The notes below the pieces were generated by a model. It was not told the origin of the DNA and did no database searches. It saw nothing but the letters and a program-made list of their open reading frames with translations. From Octopus bimaculoides (Eukaryota): a stretch of DNA of 50,937 nt. Position numbers and translations under genes: made by a program. The stretch covers positions 79,109,775 to 79,160,711 of the forward strand of contig NC_068981.1 in NCBI RefSeq assembly GCF_001194135.2, in the 5' to 3' direction. Of the stretch, positions 33,271 through 46,399 are shown one piece after another; within the stretch, counting starts at the first letter, position 1; every line of letters starts with the position of its first letter.

Positions 33271-34140
33271 ATAACAACAACAACAATGACGACGACGACG
33301 ATGATAATGATGATGATGATACGGTATGATAAACAAAACCCAGCAAAGGGCAGAGGAACTCAGGAGAATAACGTTCATCTAAAAGCGAGTGGACAAAACT
33401 CGTTTACCTTGATCGGCAGTCTGTCTAGGAGAAGAAAGACTGATTTAAAATCTGGGGTAGATGGGACTTCTTAACCACATTGGTGGCAACTTGTCAGTGG
33501 CCAACGGTTTCATCTTTGTGATGAAAGTGGATGAGCTACGAATCGGTAGCCAGCTTCTGAATAATGGTCCGCAACCAACCGACCTCATCTGTTTCCCAGT
33601 GAGAATCATGGACATCATATGAATGGTAAAGGTCCATGGTCCCCAACATTCAGAAAATGAGAATGGGAATAGTCCCAACTTATATGTAGTAAGAGCTCTG
33701 CAGTCTTGATTGACAATCTTACTCGAGATGATATCTCGATAAAAATACTGGCTGATGGCTAACCTTAAAGCATAAACCCCAATATAGAGTGAAAATGTCC
33801 AGTACCAGTGTATCGAGTAATTGTGTGAATGAGGCTGGAATCAACGGTGAAGGTCTTTCGCCCAGCAGATGCTCTGTAGCAGAACAGCGTAGGCCCGGTC
33901 TTCATCCGGAGACTGCTTATACTCAAAGGCAGAGGCAGAGAAAAACAGAAAAAGGTGAGACAAGAAGACAAATCGAACCGTAATTGAATACTGGGTCAGA
34001 AGTGAACCCAGTAGAAGATGATTCCGAAAACGCATGAAGTAGGGATAGGACTCTTCAAGATAAGTGAACAATAAGTACAAATGCGTGGTTAACAGACATG
34101 GAAATTGAAGAAATAAAAAATAAACTAGAAAGCAGTGATA

Positions 34141-35447
34141 TTAGGTTAAGAAAGTTCTTGCGGAATTTTTAATTTTGGTTTTAAATTATGTATTTTCAAA
34201 TTAATTTTCGTTAAATTACTTTGACTTTATATATCATTTTGAAGCCCGTTTTTTGCTCTATCAAATCGTGTTACTCTTTTTGTTTTTGAATAATTAGGCC
34301 ATTTTTTCCCGGAAAGTTGAATACAACATAGACAAAAAGCAAATTCGCACAGTTTTCTTATTCCAGTTCAAGCTAGGCCGAAAAGCTGCTGAAACAGCTC
34401 GCAATATCAACGATGCGTTTGGCCCAGAAACCACTAATGAACGTACAGCACAATGGTGGTTCAAGAAATTTCGTAGCGGTGACGAGAGTCTTGAAGATGA
34501 TAAGCGTAGTGGTCGGCCATCGGATGTTGACAACGATCAACTAAGAGCCTTAGTCGAAGCCAATTCACGCACAACTGTTCGAGAGCTTGCTTCTGAATTA
34601 GACGTAACGTATACGACAATTTCCAACCACTTGAAAGAGATTGGAAAAACAAAAATACTTGAGAAATGGGTGCCGNNNNNNNNNNNNNNNNNNNNNNNNN
34701 NNNNNNNNNNNNNNNNNNNNNNNNNNNNNNNNNNNNNNNNNNNNNNNNNNNNNNNNNNNNNNNNNNNNNNNNNNNNNNNNNNNNNNNNNNNNNNNNNNNN
34801 NNNNNNNNNNNNNNNNNNNNNNNNNNNNNNNNNNNNNNNNNNNNNNNNNNNNNNNNNNNNNNNGCCCCACGGCACTTCCCGAAGCCAAAGTTGTACCAAT
34901 GGAAAGTCATGGTGACTGTTTGGTGGTCTGCGGCCGGTCTCATCCATCACAGCTTTTTGGATCCAGGCGAAACCATTACGGTGGAGAAGTATTGTCAGCA
35001 GATGGATGAAATGCATAACAAACTCCGACATCAACAGCTAGCATTGGCCAATAGAAAAGGACCAATTCTTCTCCCCGACAACGCTCGGCCGCACGTCGCA
35101 CAACTGAACCTGCAGAAGTTGAACGAATTGGGTTACAAAACTCTGCCTCATCCGCCATACTCACCAGACCTCCCGCCTACCGACTACCACTTTTTCAAGC
35201 ATCTCGACAACTTCCTGCGTGAGAAATTCTTCAAAAATCAAGACGATGCCAAACACGCCTTCAACGACTTCATTGACACCAGAATGCAGGATTTTTATGC
35301 TACTGGCATAAGTAAACTTGTTTCGCGTTGGCAAAAGTGTGTTGATTCTGATGGTGTTTACTTCGATTAATAAAGTTTTGTTTGAGCCGAGATATGTGCA
35401 TCTGAATGTAGAGGTTAAAAACCGCAAGAACTTTCTTGACAACCTAA
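34141..35447 (+). mobile_element. Mariner (DD34D) transposon, 1307 bp, TA-flanked
   Basis: TA at 34139-40 and 35448-49; TIR ttaggtt(gtc)aagaaagttcttgcgg with a 3-nt deletion in the left copy. Confidence 0.95.
34328..35370 (+). CDS. Mariner transposase; both sequenced halves open, apparent start codon reads ATA, middle in a gap
   Basis: WFKKFRSG..RSGRP HTH; WVP; DNARPH...YSPDLPPTD with 34 residues between the aspartates. Confidence 0.8.
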
Positions 35448-36489
35448 TAATACAATACCAACAGCTAGTGTGCCTATTGAGGAGAGAGGAATGAATGGTG
35501 GCAGTGTAGATGCCAGGCAAGGTGTAAATGCATTGTCAGCAAATGAAGCTCAAGTAGTAGGAAGAGCTGTACTACAAGGATATGATGATGATGATCAACA
35601 AGACAGTGAAAATGATGTGCCAATATATTAGGATCAAATACACCCCTACCTGAGGTATGTAGATAGGCGTAAGCAAAAAACAAAAACCGAAAAGATAGAT
35701 TCTGTTCTTGGACTATTTCAGACAGGAAATATAACTGAAACTAACAAAATTATCAGGGCTGAAGCTAAGGTTGCTGCGGAAATAGTTGGATACAACAGAA
35801 GAGAACAAACAGTACGTAAACAAAAAAAAACATACTGGCGGAGACGATTTTGTGAGAAATAAGTTAAAAAGACATTTGGGACATGGCAAAACTAAAGTAT
35901 AAGAATAAGACTGCAGAGACAAAGGATATGATGCAATACTGGAAGGATTGAATCAGAGCAGTAGCAATGAAGGAGGCAAAGCTGGAAAGATATGACAATA
36001 GAACAAAACAATTCAGAACAGATTGTTAGAGGCCAATCAGAAAAAAAATACTGAGGAACTAGATGGGCAATTACACCTAACGTTTGTAGCTGATGTAGAT
36101 GAAATTAGAGCATTTTGGGGAGGAATCTGGGATCAACCTGTAAAACATAATGATAATGTAGACTGGTTGCATGAAATCCAAGATAAGTTAAGAAATACAC
36201 ATGGTCAAGACAACATAAAAATATATACAAAAACGATATGAAAAGATAGATAAATAAAATTCCAGATTAATAAAACCCAGGGTCGGATGGTATCCAAGTT
36301 TATTGGATGAAGAAGCTGAGAAGGTTCCATGAAAGGCTTGCCGAAGATCTGGATAAGTGCTTGTCAGAAGGCTCAGTTGAATGACGAAAGGAATGATATC
36401 GTTATGTATCAAGGATATTGAAAAGGGTAACAATTTTCGACCGATAACGCATCTTCCGCTAATGTGGAAACTACTCTCAAGAGTTTTAG

Positions 36490-37480
36490 TTTCTGCAACA
36501 ATGCCTCGAACTCCAGAACTTATAGAAGAGACGGAAGAAGACAATCTTGGCGGATAGAGCGCGCGATATGAAACAAATCCGAGAGGTAGTTGTTTACTTT
36601 GATCACCAAAAATGTATCACTGTACATTGCTGCGATCCAGCCACTGAATATAGGTCCGAAACCAGTTGCTTTTAGGATTTCTATCAAGGCTTTCGATTGA
36701 TTTAAATTGATATGGGCCCCACCAACGCCAGGTTTGTTACCCATTTCCTCTATGATGAACTGCACGAGGTAGGGGTAGACGTTGATGGATCTACCGGAGA
36801 TCGAACATGTTTAAGCTTCTTCGACTAAACCATCAAAGACAAGCTTCAACCACTTTGCTAACACCTTGGCTAAAAATTTAAATTCTTCATTTAGCAGAGT
36901 TATGGACCAGAAAATGTCTATAATATCCTTTTGGTGGTATCCTTTCTCAACAACGTTAAAACACACTGGTACATAAAACTGGAAATTCTTCCGTTTCTCT
37001 CTGCCAGTGGTGATAGACATATATATATAACCATAAAACTCATAGGGCAGACCAACCAAACCGGGCGATTTGTCCATTGTGCAACCTTTCAATACTTCCT
37101 GTATTTCAGTTGCTGTTATTGACCTTTCTCTGTGCGTTGCCTCTTCTGCCAAGAGTTGCGGCAGGCTGTCACGGTCAGTACTAAAGTCCATAATTCTCTG
37201 TGAACTATTGCCTACTCGGAAGAGTTAAGCAAAGTGCTGCTGGAAAGTCTCACGCATCTCCTTGAAACCGCGAATTATGTATCCATCTGATCTCTCGAAT
37301 ACTGAATTGCGGGTTTGTTCCCACGCCGTGCTTCTACCACTCGAGCCCATCGAAGGACTTTCGTCCCTTCTTGTTTGGACAAACAAGCTCTAGCTCTGAC
37401 AACGCAGCCTTCGTGTTTTGCATTGAAGAAATGGTCGAGGGCAATTTTTGCTGCAAACACGTCGGTTGTGATACCGTTTC
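36490..37480 (-). mobile_element. Tx1/L1-clade RT fragment
   Basis: GCVVRAR; KSPGLVGLPYEFY; ITLLNEEFKFLAKVLA; INLNQSKA; GFGP; RSIRQDCLLPSLL. Confidence 0.85.
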
Positions 37481-37502
37481 CAATTACCTTTTCAATAATA
37501 AT

Positions 37503-37630
37503 TCTTTCTAATTTTGGGACAAAGCCAACAATTTTGAGGGGAGTGGCAAGTCAATTATATCGACTGCAGTACTTGAACGGTACTTTATTTTATCGACCCA
37601 GAAAGAGTGAAAGGCAAACTCAACCTCGGA
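37503..37630 (-). mobile_element. SINE family A, 3' part
   Basis: Core atcgacccagaaagagtgaaaggcaaactcaacctcgg. Confidence 0.75.
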
Positions 37631-37744
37631 TAAGGCATTGAATCATACCGTCTGTTGTACATATGTTGCAAAACCGCCCTCTTCCAGAAAAAAAGTAAAA
37701 CAATTTCATATAAAAAGAAAATGACATAAGAAGTGAACTACCGG

Positions 37745-37865
37745 TTCATTACATTCTGAGTTCAGATCCTGCCTAGGTTTACTTTGCCTGTCAGCCTTTC
37801 AGCAACGAAATAGATCACCTGTCAAACACTGGGTCTATTTAATCGATTGATCCGCCTCCACCGAT
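37745..37865 (+). mobile_element. SINE family A, degenerate plus-strand copy
   Basis: cattctgagttcagatcctgcc...ctttgcctgtcagcctttc. Confidence 0.5.
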
Positions 37866-38251
37866 ATCTGACCGTGTATCTTTAATAGAAAGTATTATTT
37901 CTCTTTGTTATTTCAATTCGTTCTGTTTTAAATAAGTAATATTCTTTTTTATATTCATTAAACTTTATTAAAAAGAATCAAACCAAATTTTCTATTCAGA
38001 GAGCATCACTGACGTAGCTTTCTAATGCCTTGTAAACCTCGAAGAAGGTAAGAAATTAAAATATCTCAAAAGGCTTAAAGAAATCATAAAATTGCCTTTG
38101 AGAGGTTTGGCACTGCTAAATCAATTAGGCACTAAAAAGTAAGTTTTTAAAAATTTGTTTTAATGAAGACCTTGCTTAAGACCAGTTCTCTCTACAATTC
38201 CCTATTGGGAGCTCATTTACTCCGCAGGTTCTCTTCAGAAACCTACAAATC

Positions 38252-38418
38252 CCGGGGTTTCCCAACCTAAGGATGTACTCTATGCATGTATGATAAATTA
38301 CGAACGTAAATTGTACTACAAAATTGCTTCACACATGCAGATAATTAACCTATTTACCACGATATTTCGCAGAATTCCTGGTAACCTTTCACGGAACCTC
38401 TCTACTTGGGAAACGCTA
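38252..38418. mobile_element. Possible hAT-like MITE
   Basis: Termini ggtttcccaa / ttgggaaacg form an inverted pair about 165 bp apart. Confidence 0.4.
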
Positions 38419-38834
38419 CTCTAAATATAGTTCTTGTTCAGCTTGTAGTGAGATTCCTGCTGCATTTTGAATAATCACTTACAATTTTTCTAGCTAAGGC
38501 CGACGATTTACTGCACCCAGAAATGTGGAGAAAATTCAGCAATGAAAAGTATTAACGCCTGCGCGAATATGGCTCGACCAATCAAATCAACTCTAGCTTA
38601 TTTGTTATGGTTTATGCGATGAACTTTTGAGGAAGTGTGTTAGGTTTCCTACCAAATTGATAGATCAAAGTAATCCCTGCAGGTTCAGAATAATTATTAG
38701 AAGCAAGCAACATGAGAAAGATTTGTGTATAGAAACTCAGACAAAATAGAGAAAAAAAAATGTAAAAAAAAAAAAAAAACCAAACAAGTTTTTATTAGAA
38801 CACAGCCACAGTCACTGATGAGTAAGTATGGCTA

Positions 38835-39066
38835 ATTGCGGGCAGACATAGGCACTCTTTTCGTCCCCTCACTCTTGGCACAGTGGCACATAGGATGTGA
38901 CAGCTGAACAGAAAAGATAAGAACTGCACAAGCACCCAGATGCTGCTCATTTACAGCAGAATAGACTGGAGCAACGCGAAATAAAATGCTTTGCTCAAGG
39001 ACACAACGCGCTGACCGCTCTGAAAATTGAACTCTCGACAGTGAACCAGACACATAACTACTGGGT
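38835..39066 (-). mobile_element. SINE family D
   Basis: B-box-like gagttcaatttt and CORE-like gtgtccttgagcaaagcattttatttcgcgttgctccagtc on the minus strand. Confidence 0.65.
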
Positions 39067-39087
39067 CACTCATCTTCACAAACTTTA

Positions 39088-39985
39088 CACCAGGTGGCAT
39101 CGAAACGTTCCCGGACAAGGTTCTGTAGCGCGCTAACAGATAACAACCCATGGTTGCGTGTACAGTGAAAGCTAGCAGTGACCTTCATGAGGCAGTGTGC
39201 CGAGTGACATCGCTGTGTTTACTTCGCAAATTGTGAAATTTGTGCTTTTGTGATCACGTGTATGCTATAGTCTGCGATTTTTGTCATGGACAAGAAGTTG
39301 GAACAAAGAGCCAACGTGAAATTTTGCGTTAAACTTGGGAAGTCTATTACAGAGACATTGAGCATGCCTTAACAAGCTTACGGAGACGAGGCAATGGGTC
39401 GTACACAATGTTTCGAGTGGCACGGGCGCTTCAAAAGCGGAAGAACATCCCTGGAAGACGATGAGCAATCTGGAAGACCTGCCATGAGTGTCATCCCTGG
39501 AAATATGGAGAAAATTCATCAGCTTGTGCATGAAGATCGTCGGAGGACAATCAATGACATTGCTAATATTGTTGGTCTGTCGTATGGGTCTGTGCGGGCA
39601 ATCTTAACATCTGGATTCTTCACGACTATCACCGGGCTCTTCTCACTCGTGAGTTTCTATCTAAAAACAACATGGTAGCGCTTCCGTACCCGCCCTGTTC
39701 ACCAAATTTAGCACCTACGGACTTCCGTCTCTTCCTCAAGATAAAAATGCAGCTCAAAGGTTGCCGTTTTAACATCGTTGTCGAGATCAAGCGCGAATCG
39801 CAGAAGGTCCTCGACACGCTTACGGAAAAACGACTTCCAGGCTGAATTCCAAAAGTGGCAGAAACGCTGGGAGCGATGCATTGCTGCGCAAGGTGACTAT
39901 TTCGAAGGAGAATATGTTAAAACTGGGGGTAAATAAGTTATTTTTTATTAAACATAACTAGTCCGGGGACTTTGATACCACCTCG
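39088..39985 (+). mobile_element. Second mariner family, internally deleted
   Basis: MDKKLEQRANVKFC; WHGRFKSG..QSGRP; jumps from RAIL to GFFHD; PPCSPNLAPTDF; WQKRWERCI; imperfect TIRs aggtggcatcgaaacgttcccggac / gtccggggactttgataccacct. Confidence 0.85.
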
Positions 39986-40464
39986 TACTATATGCAATAA
40001 AGTGCCAACTAGAAACTATGTATAACGAGGGGAAATGTTTAGATAAAATGTTTAGAATAAAGGTATAAAATGTTAAAAAATGAAATCATAGTGAAATTGC
40101 AAAATATTTTAAATAAATGGAAAACTTCTCTTCGGACAGCATTTAGAAACTTAAGAATATAGAGGAAGTGAACCTATATGAAAGCCAATAGTGGTTCAAA
40201 AGCACTGACTAAGGATGGAAAACTGGTTGTCCAAGTCTATCGAACATAGAATATTCCCCATAAGCTTAATGGCGCGAAAGGCTTTCGTTATCCATTAGAC
40301 AATATACCGACACTTTCCTCATAAAACGTGTGCATATATAGCATAAGCATGTACCTAATTTGATATGGAAAAATGGTTGGGGTGCAAGACTTTAAATTGA
40401 CACACATGAGTGCAGGAACGAAATTTGCTAAGCGGGTGTTAATCCAAGTACGAAATTTTTACAA

Positions 40465-40803
40465 ACAAGGTCAATTTTTTTCAGTCTTTCGACCGTGGCG
40501 GAATTTGAATTCTAAACGTAAAGACAAATGCTGTTAAGCATTCTGTCTAGCATGCTAACAATTCTGCCAGCTAGCTGCCTTAAACACCGATATAATAATG
40601 GTTTCAAATTTTGGCACAAGGCCAGTAATTTTAGGGGAGGGGGTAAGTCGATTACATCAACCCCAGAGTTCAACTGGTATTTATTTCATCGACCCTTGAA
40701 GATAAAGTCGACCTCGGCGGAATTTGAACTCAACACGTTAAGACGTATGAAATGCCGCTAAACATTTTGCACGGCATGCTAGCGATTCTACTAGCTCGCT
40801 GCC
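40465..40803 (-). mobile_element. Two SINE family A copies (40465-40579 partial, 40601-40803)
   Basis: Shared ggcggaatttgaa and ctgccagct segments; (AAT)n flanks. Confidence 0.8.
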
Positions 40804-41069
40804 TTAAAACTCCGCTATAATAATAATAATTATTATTATTATATTTGTACATCTATCAAATCAGTTGATCCAATAATGGAAAAGTAATGCTTCAAATCAG
40901 TCCAAAAAAAAAAAATGTTTCTACGCTCGTTCGTTTGATGGTGAAGTTTTTCAGGGTGATGTTCAAAAAACGTTTTCACCGCATCCTCACCCCACACACT
41001 TAAAAAGAAAGGAAAAAATGTTTAGTCGGTGCGCTTGTTTCGAAGCCTTTTTTGACTAAGAAATCGAAA

Positions 41070-41260
41070 CAAATTGCCAAGTTATCCTAATAAAGACAAA
41101 AAAAAAAAAAGGAAACTTATTCACTCTTGTAAACATCGGGTACCTTCTCACCAAAACATCATCAAGAAGGAAATTGAAAGGCCATTAAAGTTGAGGTTTC
41201 TCAAAATAGAAATAAGCAGGATATGGGGTTTCAGAAAATATATCTCTCTATACATATTTA
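41070..41260 (+). mobile_element. Degenerate R4/Dong-clade RLE fragment
   Basis: KDKKKKRK...VPSHQNIIKKEIE...LKIEISRIWG. Confidence 0.5.
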
Positions 41261-41604
41261 TGAAAAAGCATAATTGGTTAATTTATGTGATGAAAAAGGA
41301 TATGAGCAAAAATTTAACTACCGTAACAGAGCTTACTACAATATAAAAAAAACCGGAAATATGAAAGTGTCGGTCGATCTTGGCAAAACTTGAACTCAGA
41401 ATGTTGAGAAACGAAACAAAAAATTGTATGCTATTTATTTATTTATTTGCTAATAGATGTCTTATTCTTGAAGGAATTATATAAACAAAACAAATACATT
41501 CAATGTAAATGTTAAGTTTACTGAACGATGTATGAAAAATAGTCACTTTAAAGGGGAATCACGTTGTTGTAATTGTTGCTGTTATTATTATTATTATTAT
41601 TATT

Positions 41605-41960
41605 CAGTAGTTTTATTTTTATAACGTACTTTCACTTCACTACCGAGCGCAGCTCTGTGCGCCTTGGGTATGTGCTGTGGTTTGCTGTGGTGCTCTTATG
41701 TTTACTGTATTGAAAGTGTTTTGCGTAGAATGTGTGCAGTACCCAGTAGTGCAATTTTCTGTATGTTATATATATTTGTAAGTCCTGGTGTTTTTGTTAT
41801 GTATTTGTCTGAATATTTTTTTATTATACCTAAGGCACCTACTATGATAGGAATTGTTTCTGTTTTTAGATTCCACATTCGAGTTATCTCTATTTCCAGG
41901 TCTTTGTATTTTGAAAGTTTTTCCATTTCTTTTAGAGAAACGTTGTCATCTGCTGGTATT
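41605..41960 (-). mobile_element. R4/Dong-clade 3' end, bounded by (AAT)n on both sides
   Basis: IPADDNVSLKEMEKLSKYKDLEIEITRMWNLKTETIPIIVGALG...IQKIALLGTAHILRKTLSIQ*. Confidence 0.92.
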
Positions 41961-42333
41961 GAATTATTATTATTATTATTATTATTGTTGTTGTTGTTGT
42001 TGTTGTTTAACTTCATAGCAACCCTCATCGAGCATTCTCATCGTAACCATCCCGACCATCGAGGCTCAATATATCCTGGCTCAGCATTCCCGTCGTGTCC
42101 ATCCAGGCTCAATATATCTAGAACCACGTTACTGAATGTTTTGTCCCACTTTTAAGATAACAGTTTGTGTCATAATGAAGATTTAGCTACTATTTCCTGC
42201 CAATAATGTGACCACATGGAAGAGTAATTTGCATCTTATATGTCGCAGTATAATACTGAAACGGTCACGAAGGCAAAAAATTTTTACTTTTGAAATATTT
42301 CATAAAATTCTAAATATTCACGAATATGTTACA

Positions 42334-42668
42334 ATCAACGGAACAGCCTGCTCGTGAAATTAACGTGCAAGTTGCTCAGCACTCCACAGACACGTGTACC
42401 CTTAACGTAGTTCTCGGGGAGATTCAGCGTGACACAGTCTGACAAGGCTGGCCCTTTGAAATACAGGTACAACAGAAACAGGAAGAAAGAGTGAGAGAAA
42501 GCTGTGGCGGAAGAGTACAGCAGGGTTCGCCACCATCCCCTGCCGGAGCCTCGTGGGGCTTTTAAGTGTTTTCGCTCAATAAACACTCACAACGCTCGGT
42601 CTGGGAATCGAAACCGCGATCCTATGACCGCGAGTCCGCTGTCCTAACCACTGGGCCATTGCGCCTCC
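42334..42668 (-). mobile_element. SINE family C, variant 2
   Basis: tRNA-like head with A box TGGCCCAGTGG and B box GGTTTCGATTCC; 3' half shared with 14340-14490. Confidence 0.85.
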
Positions 42669-42689
42669 GTTACAAAATAAGTCATAGGC

Positions 42690-45600
42690 ATAGAGAATAC
42701 AGCACTCCTAAGTCCTGTATGTCATTAGCACTCTGAATCATTGTTATCTGGTGTCAAATATTGGGATTTGTGTGTATTTCCTCCGTAAAGAAGGACCTGA
42801 AATTTCGTATTGTTTTTATCTGCCCATCGATAAATGCGGTTTAACTCATTTTAGAGTGAGACGGTATCTTCTGGAGTTTGGATAGCGAAACTCGTTAAGT
42901 TGGCCGAATGCACTTGTGATCTTATACCTGAGAGAGTGATAATAAATAATAATGGTCCTAGTACCATTCCTTGTAATAATATATCACTTATTACACGCGA
43001 CTTAGCAGAGAGAAAAACATTTGCAATAACAGACTAACTCCTACAGTGTAGGAAGTCAAAGAGCCATTCTCTGAGCTTTCCTTTAGCTTATGACAGATGA
43101 TTCCATGGACAATTTTGTCAAACGCCTAGCAAAATCAAGGCATGTACAGTCGGTGTCTTTTCCTCTCAAAAGATTATTGAGAATAGTGCTACGATGCTGT
43201 AACAGTTGTAACAGGCAGCTTCGTCCAGTTCAAAAACCATGGTGTGTGTCATCTAAGAAGTTGTTTTCCTCAAGATATGTAATTATTCTTTTTTGGACAA
43301 TGCGTTTGATAATTTTAGATGTGTGGGATATGAGACAAAGAAGTCTGAAATTTTTAACTTCACCCCTGCTACCCTCCTTTGTGTATAGGTGTTACTATTG
43401 TATCTTTCAGTAGTTCCGGGAATATGCTGGCATCGAGCGACTATTGAAATAGTATTTTTGATGGTTCATCCGTCTGTTTTTGCACGTTTTTAACAGTATG
43501 GCTGGGAGCCCATCTGGTCCAGATGCTGAGTTTGAATCTAGGTTATATAATCTTCCGTCATATCATTAATTTTTAGATGTATCTCTGCAGAGTTCTGAGG
43601 ATTAAAGAATTCGTTTGGCTTATGACTATCTTGTTAACTATAGGTTGGGAAAATGAGAAAATTCAGTTACACTGTTAACTCAAGAATATGCATTTTTGTG
43701 ATGGACCATTAGTATTTGGTCTATTTTCATCAATTAGGGATCCAATCTGGTTATGAGTAGCTGATTTTTGTTTAGCAAAGTGGAAAAAGAACTTAAGAAT
43801 ATATTTCTATTTTTCACTGCTCGGTGTTCCCTTAGCGAAGTTCCTTTTTGATAAGATAGTTTTAGGTCCAATTTGATGTTCTTTATTTTCTTCTTTCTTT
43901 TTTATTCAGTCTCATCTTCTGTGCGAGTTCTTTTTTAAAATGTTTTGTTGGTTTGGTTCCGTTACATATTAATATCATCTCATGGAATCAAGTTCTTTCA
44001 AGAATGGGTATGTTTATATGGGGCATGCTTTCGACAGATTAACTCTTTTCACAGAAACTTCATTCCCTTGTTAACACTGAGGTTGCCAACATGCAGAGAC
44101 CAGTTTGTTTCGATGATTTCAGTTTCGATTTTCTTCCACTTGGCCTTCCTGAAATTCAAGTTCATAAGGAGCGAGTCATGTTCGGTGTTATTTGTGCGTG
44201 TTGCCCTCTTTGAACCACATACAGATGATTGTATAATGTTCTAGTCGGAAATAGCTGTGGGAATGACCTGAAGATTGTGAATGAAGTCTGTATTGGTGGT
44301 AAAGACTAGGTCAAGTATGTTAATTCCCTCAGCTGTTGCATGAGAAAGTCTTTAGAGGTATAGAGTAGATAATTCATATCCAGAGAAGATAATTCATATC
44401 ATATTTCAGGATGGACATAACTCTCACACCAGTTGAGAGTAGGAAAATTTAAGTCCGCTGTTAAAAGTACATTGGCCTGTTGGCTGACCTCATTTGGAGT
44501 TTGACTTATGAGCGACAAAGTATCTCTGAAGTGATCTCTGCGGTTTGTTGCGTCAGGAAGATGGTAGGTAATGCTTATGGTCAAAGTGAAGTCGATCACA
44601 TGCATTATTGTGTATCGCACACGTGTTGGAGTGGGAGAGGAGGACATTTGTTGCCAGGTCTTTTTGGATGAAGATCGCTATTTCTCCTTGTTTCCGTATT
44701 CTGTGGTCAGTTCTGAATAGTACACAATCTGACATATGTACTTCCGCATCCAATATGTCTGAGGTCAGGTGTCTTTCACTTAGTACTACACATTTTGTCT
44801 TTTCTCGATGTGCAAAGCTTCTAAGATGTGATACTTTTGCTCGATTTGTGATGTATGAAAGACCTTTAATTTCTTTTGCCAGATTCATCGTGAGTAACAC
44901 AAAAGAATGTTATTGTTATCTGAAGTTGTTATAGTTGTACAGCTGAAGACAGTTATACTTATATCGTTTGCGCCTGTTGATTTTACTGTTGTATCCAGTG
45001 ACTTCTGGGTTAACACACTCACTGTAAGGGATGTTTCTACTATGGATTTGTGGTGGATTGGAGTCATACTTTTAATAGTGTATCGAGTCTCTGGAAGATG
45101 AGTGAAGGGACAGACAAACTTCAGACATAATCTTTCTAGTTGGAAATAGCAGCAGATTTTAGGGTTCTGGATTACATGTGTAGAAGCTATTAAGTGCGAT
45201 TTAGTATTTCGTGGTGACGGTAGTGTTGTATGGTATGTGCTTCGACGTTAGCCGGTATTGCTTGTATGAATTCTGCATCCTGTCCCAGGTAAATGGGTGA
45301 AGCTGCAGTTACTGCGTATGCATAGTGTTTTTCCATTGAGAATAGCGGCATATTTTTGGGTTTCATGTGTTCATAGATTTCGCTTTATTTACAGTTGGCA
45401 GATTTATCATGTAGCTGTGGGGTATACATTCGGATTGAGAGCGACAGTGAGGAGAAGAAAGGAGTGATCCTTCACGAAATGGAGTTGTAGTTGTGGCAAC
45501 GGTTGTAGTCGTAGAATACGATGACAATGATGATGATGGATCTTTTGTGCTATTCTGAGAGAATGAGAAATTTGAAAAGCCTGACCGTGAAGAAGAGCTA

Positions 45601-45990
45601 GGGAGTGTATTATTTAATAGGTTATCAATTGTGCTAGTAATGAGGAGTGACTGTGGTTGTTGACCTTCTTAATTAGTTATGGCAAGAGTCATAGCAGTAG
45701 AACAAGATGGCAATGATGATGATGATGTGGTATTCAGAGGAAATGAGGAATAGTTTGACTGTGGAGGGCCCGTAATTGTGGAGTTTAATAGGTCATCAAT
45801 TCTGCTAGTATTGTGGAGTGGTCATATATTCTTTTAATTTTGATGTTGATGAAGCTTTAGTTCAGTAATATATCTTTCTGGGATTTTTTCTTTGTTTTTT
45901 CTTTTTATTTTAGCTCTTTGTTCTTGCTTTGAGAGCAAACCTAACTTCAAGCAACTTTTTATAAATCACTTTTTAAACATTTTCCTAAGC
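42690..45990 (-). mobile_element. CR1-clade LINE 5' portion (putative ORF1, APE, RT), heavily decayed
   Basis: APE: LSERHL..DAEV..LFRTD..RKQG, DLNFPTLNW, NILDLVFT; RT: PIHKGG, HHGF*TGRSCL, QGMVLGPLLF; upstream C..C.F.H motif near 45290. Confidence 0.8.
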
Positions 45991-46399
45991 CTGGGAAAGG
46001 CAAGTAGGGAGTGAAAATTTTGATTTTGCGCTCCCACGAAAAATTCAAGGTGGTGCAAACACACCCTTGTACACCCTGTTCCCGGGACCGTGCGCACTTT
46101 TTCTTTTTAAGCGAAAAGCTGGTCTTTTTTTTTTCCAAGAAGTTAGTTGACCCAATATTACAACTACTATCTTATTAACAAACCCGCCTTTTAACCTTCC
46201 GAAAAGGATTAAAATTACGAATCGCATTGACGCAGTATTTTAGAAATCACTTCCTTTGCGGCGCAGCAAATTTACCGCCAAAAGTTTTGTTATCCAAACT
46301 AAATGATCTACCAATCCTATAATGACAAATAGCGGGTGATGCGGATTCGCTTTCGGCTTGCCGGAAGTGGGTCATTTTAATAGGATATAGATTAATTTT

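Larger units (their letters stand above)
33760..36490 (+). mobile_element. R4/Dong-clade 5' half (N-terminal region to early RT), split by a mariner; may start near 33330
   Basis: VIEYWVRSEPSRR*FRKRM and WLTDMEIEEI before the mariner; FWGGIW, KTPGSDGI, NFRPITHLPLMWKLL after it. Confidence 0.7.

Noticed and set aside
42590-42668. tRNA gene
   Set aside because: A and B boxes are present but it continues into a SINE body; no clean acceptor stem or poly-T terminator
46020-46390. Moderately GC-rich block as a DNA transposon end or promoter
   Set aside because: No terminal repeat partner, ORF or defined motif could be established
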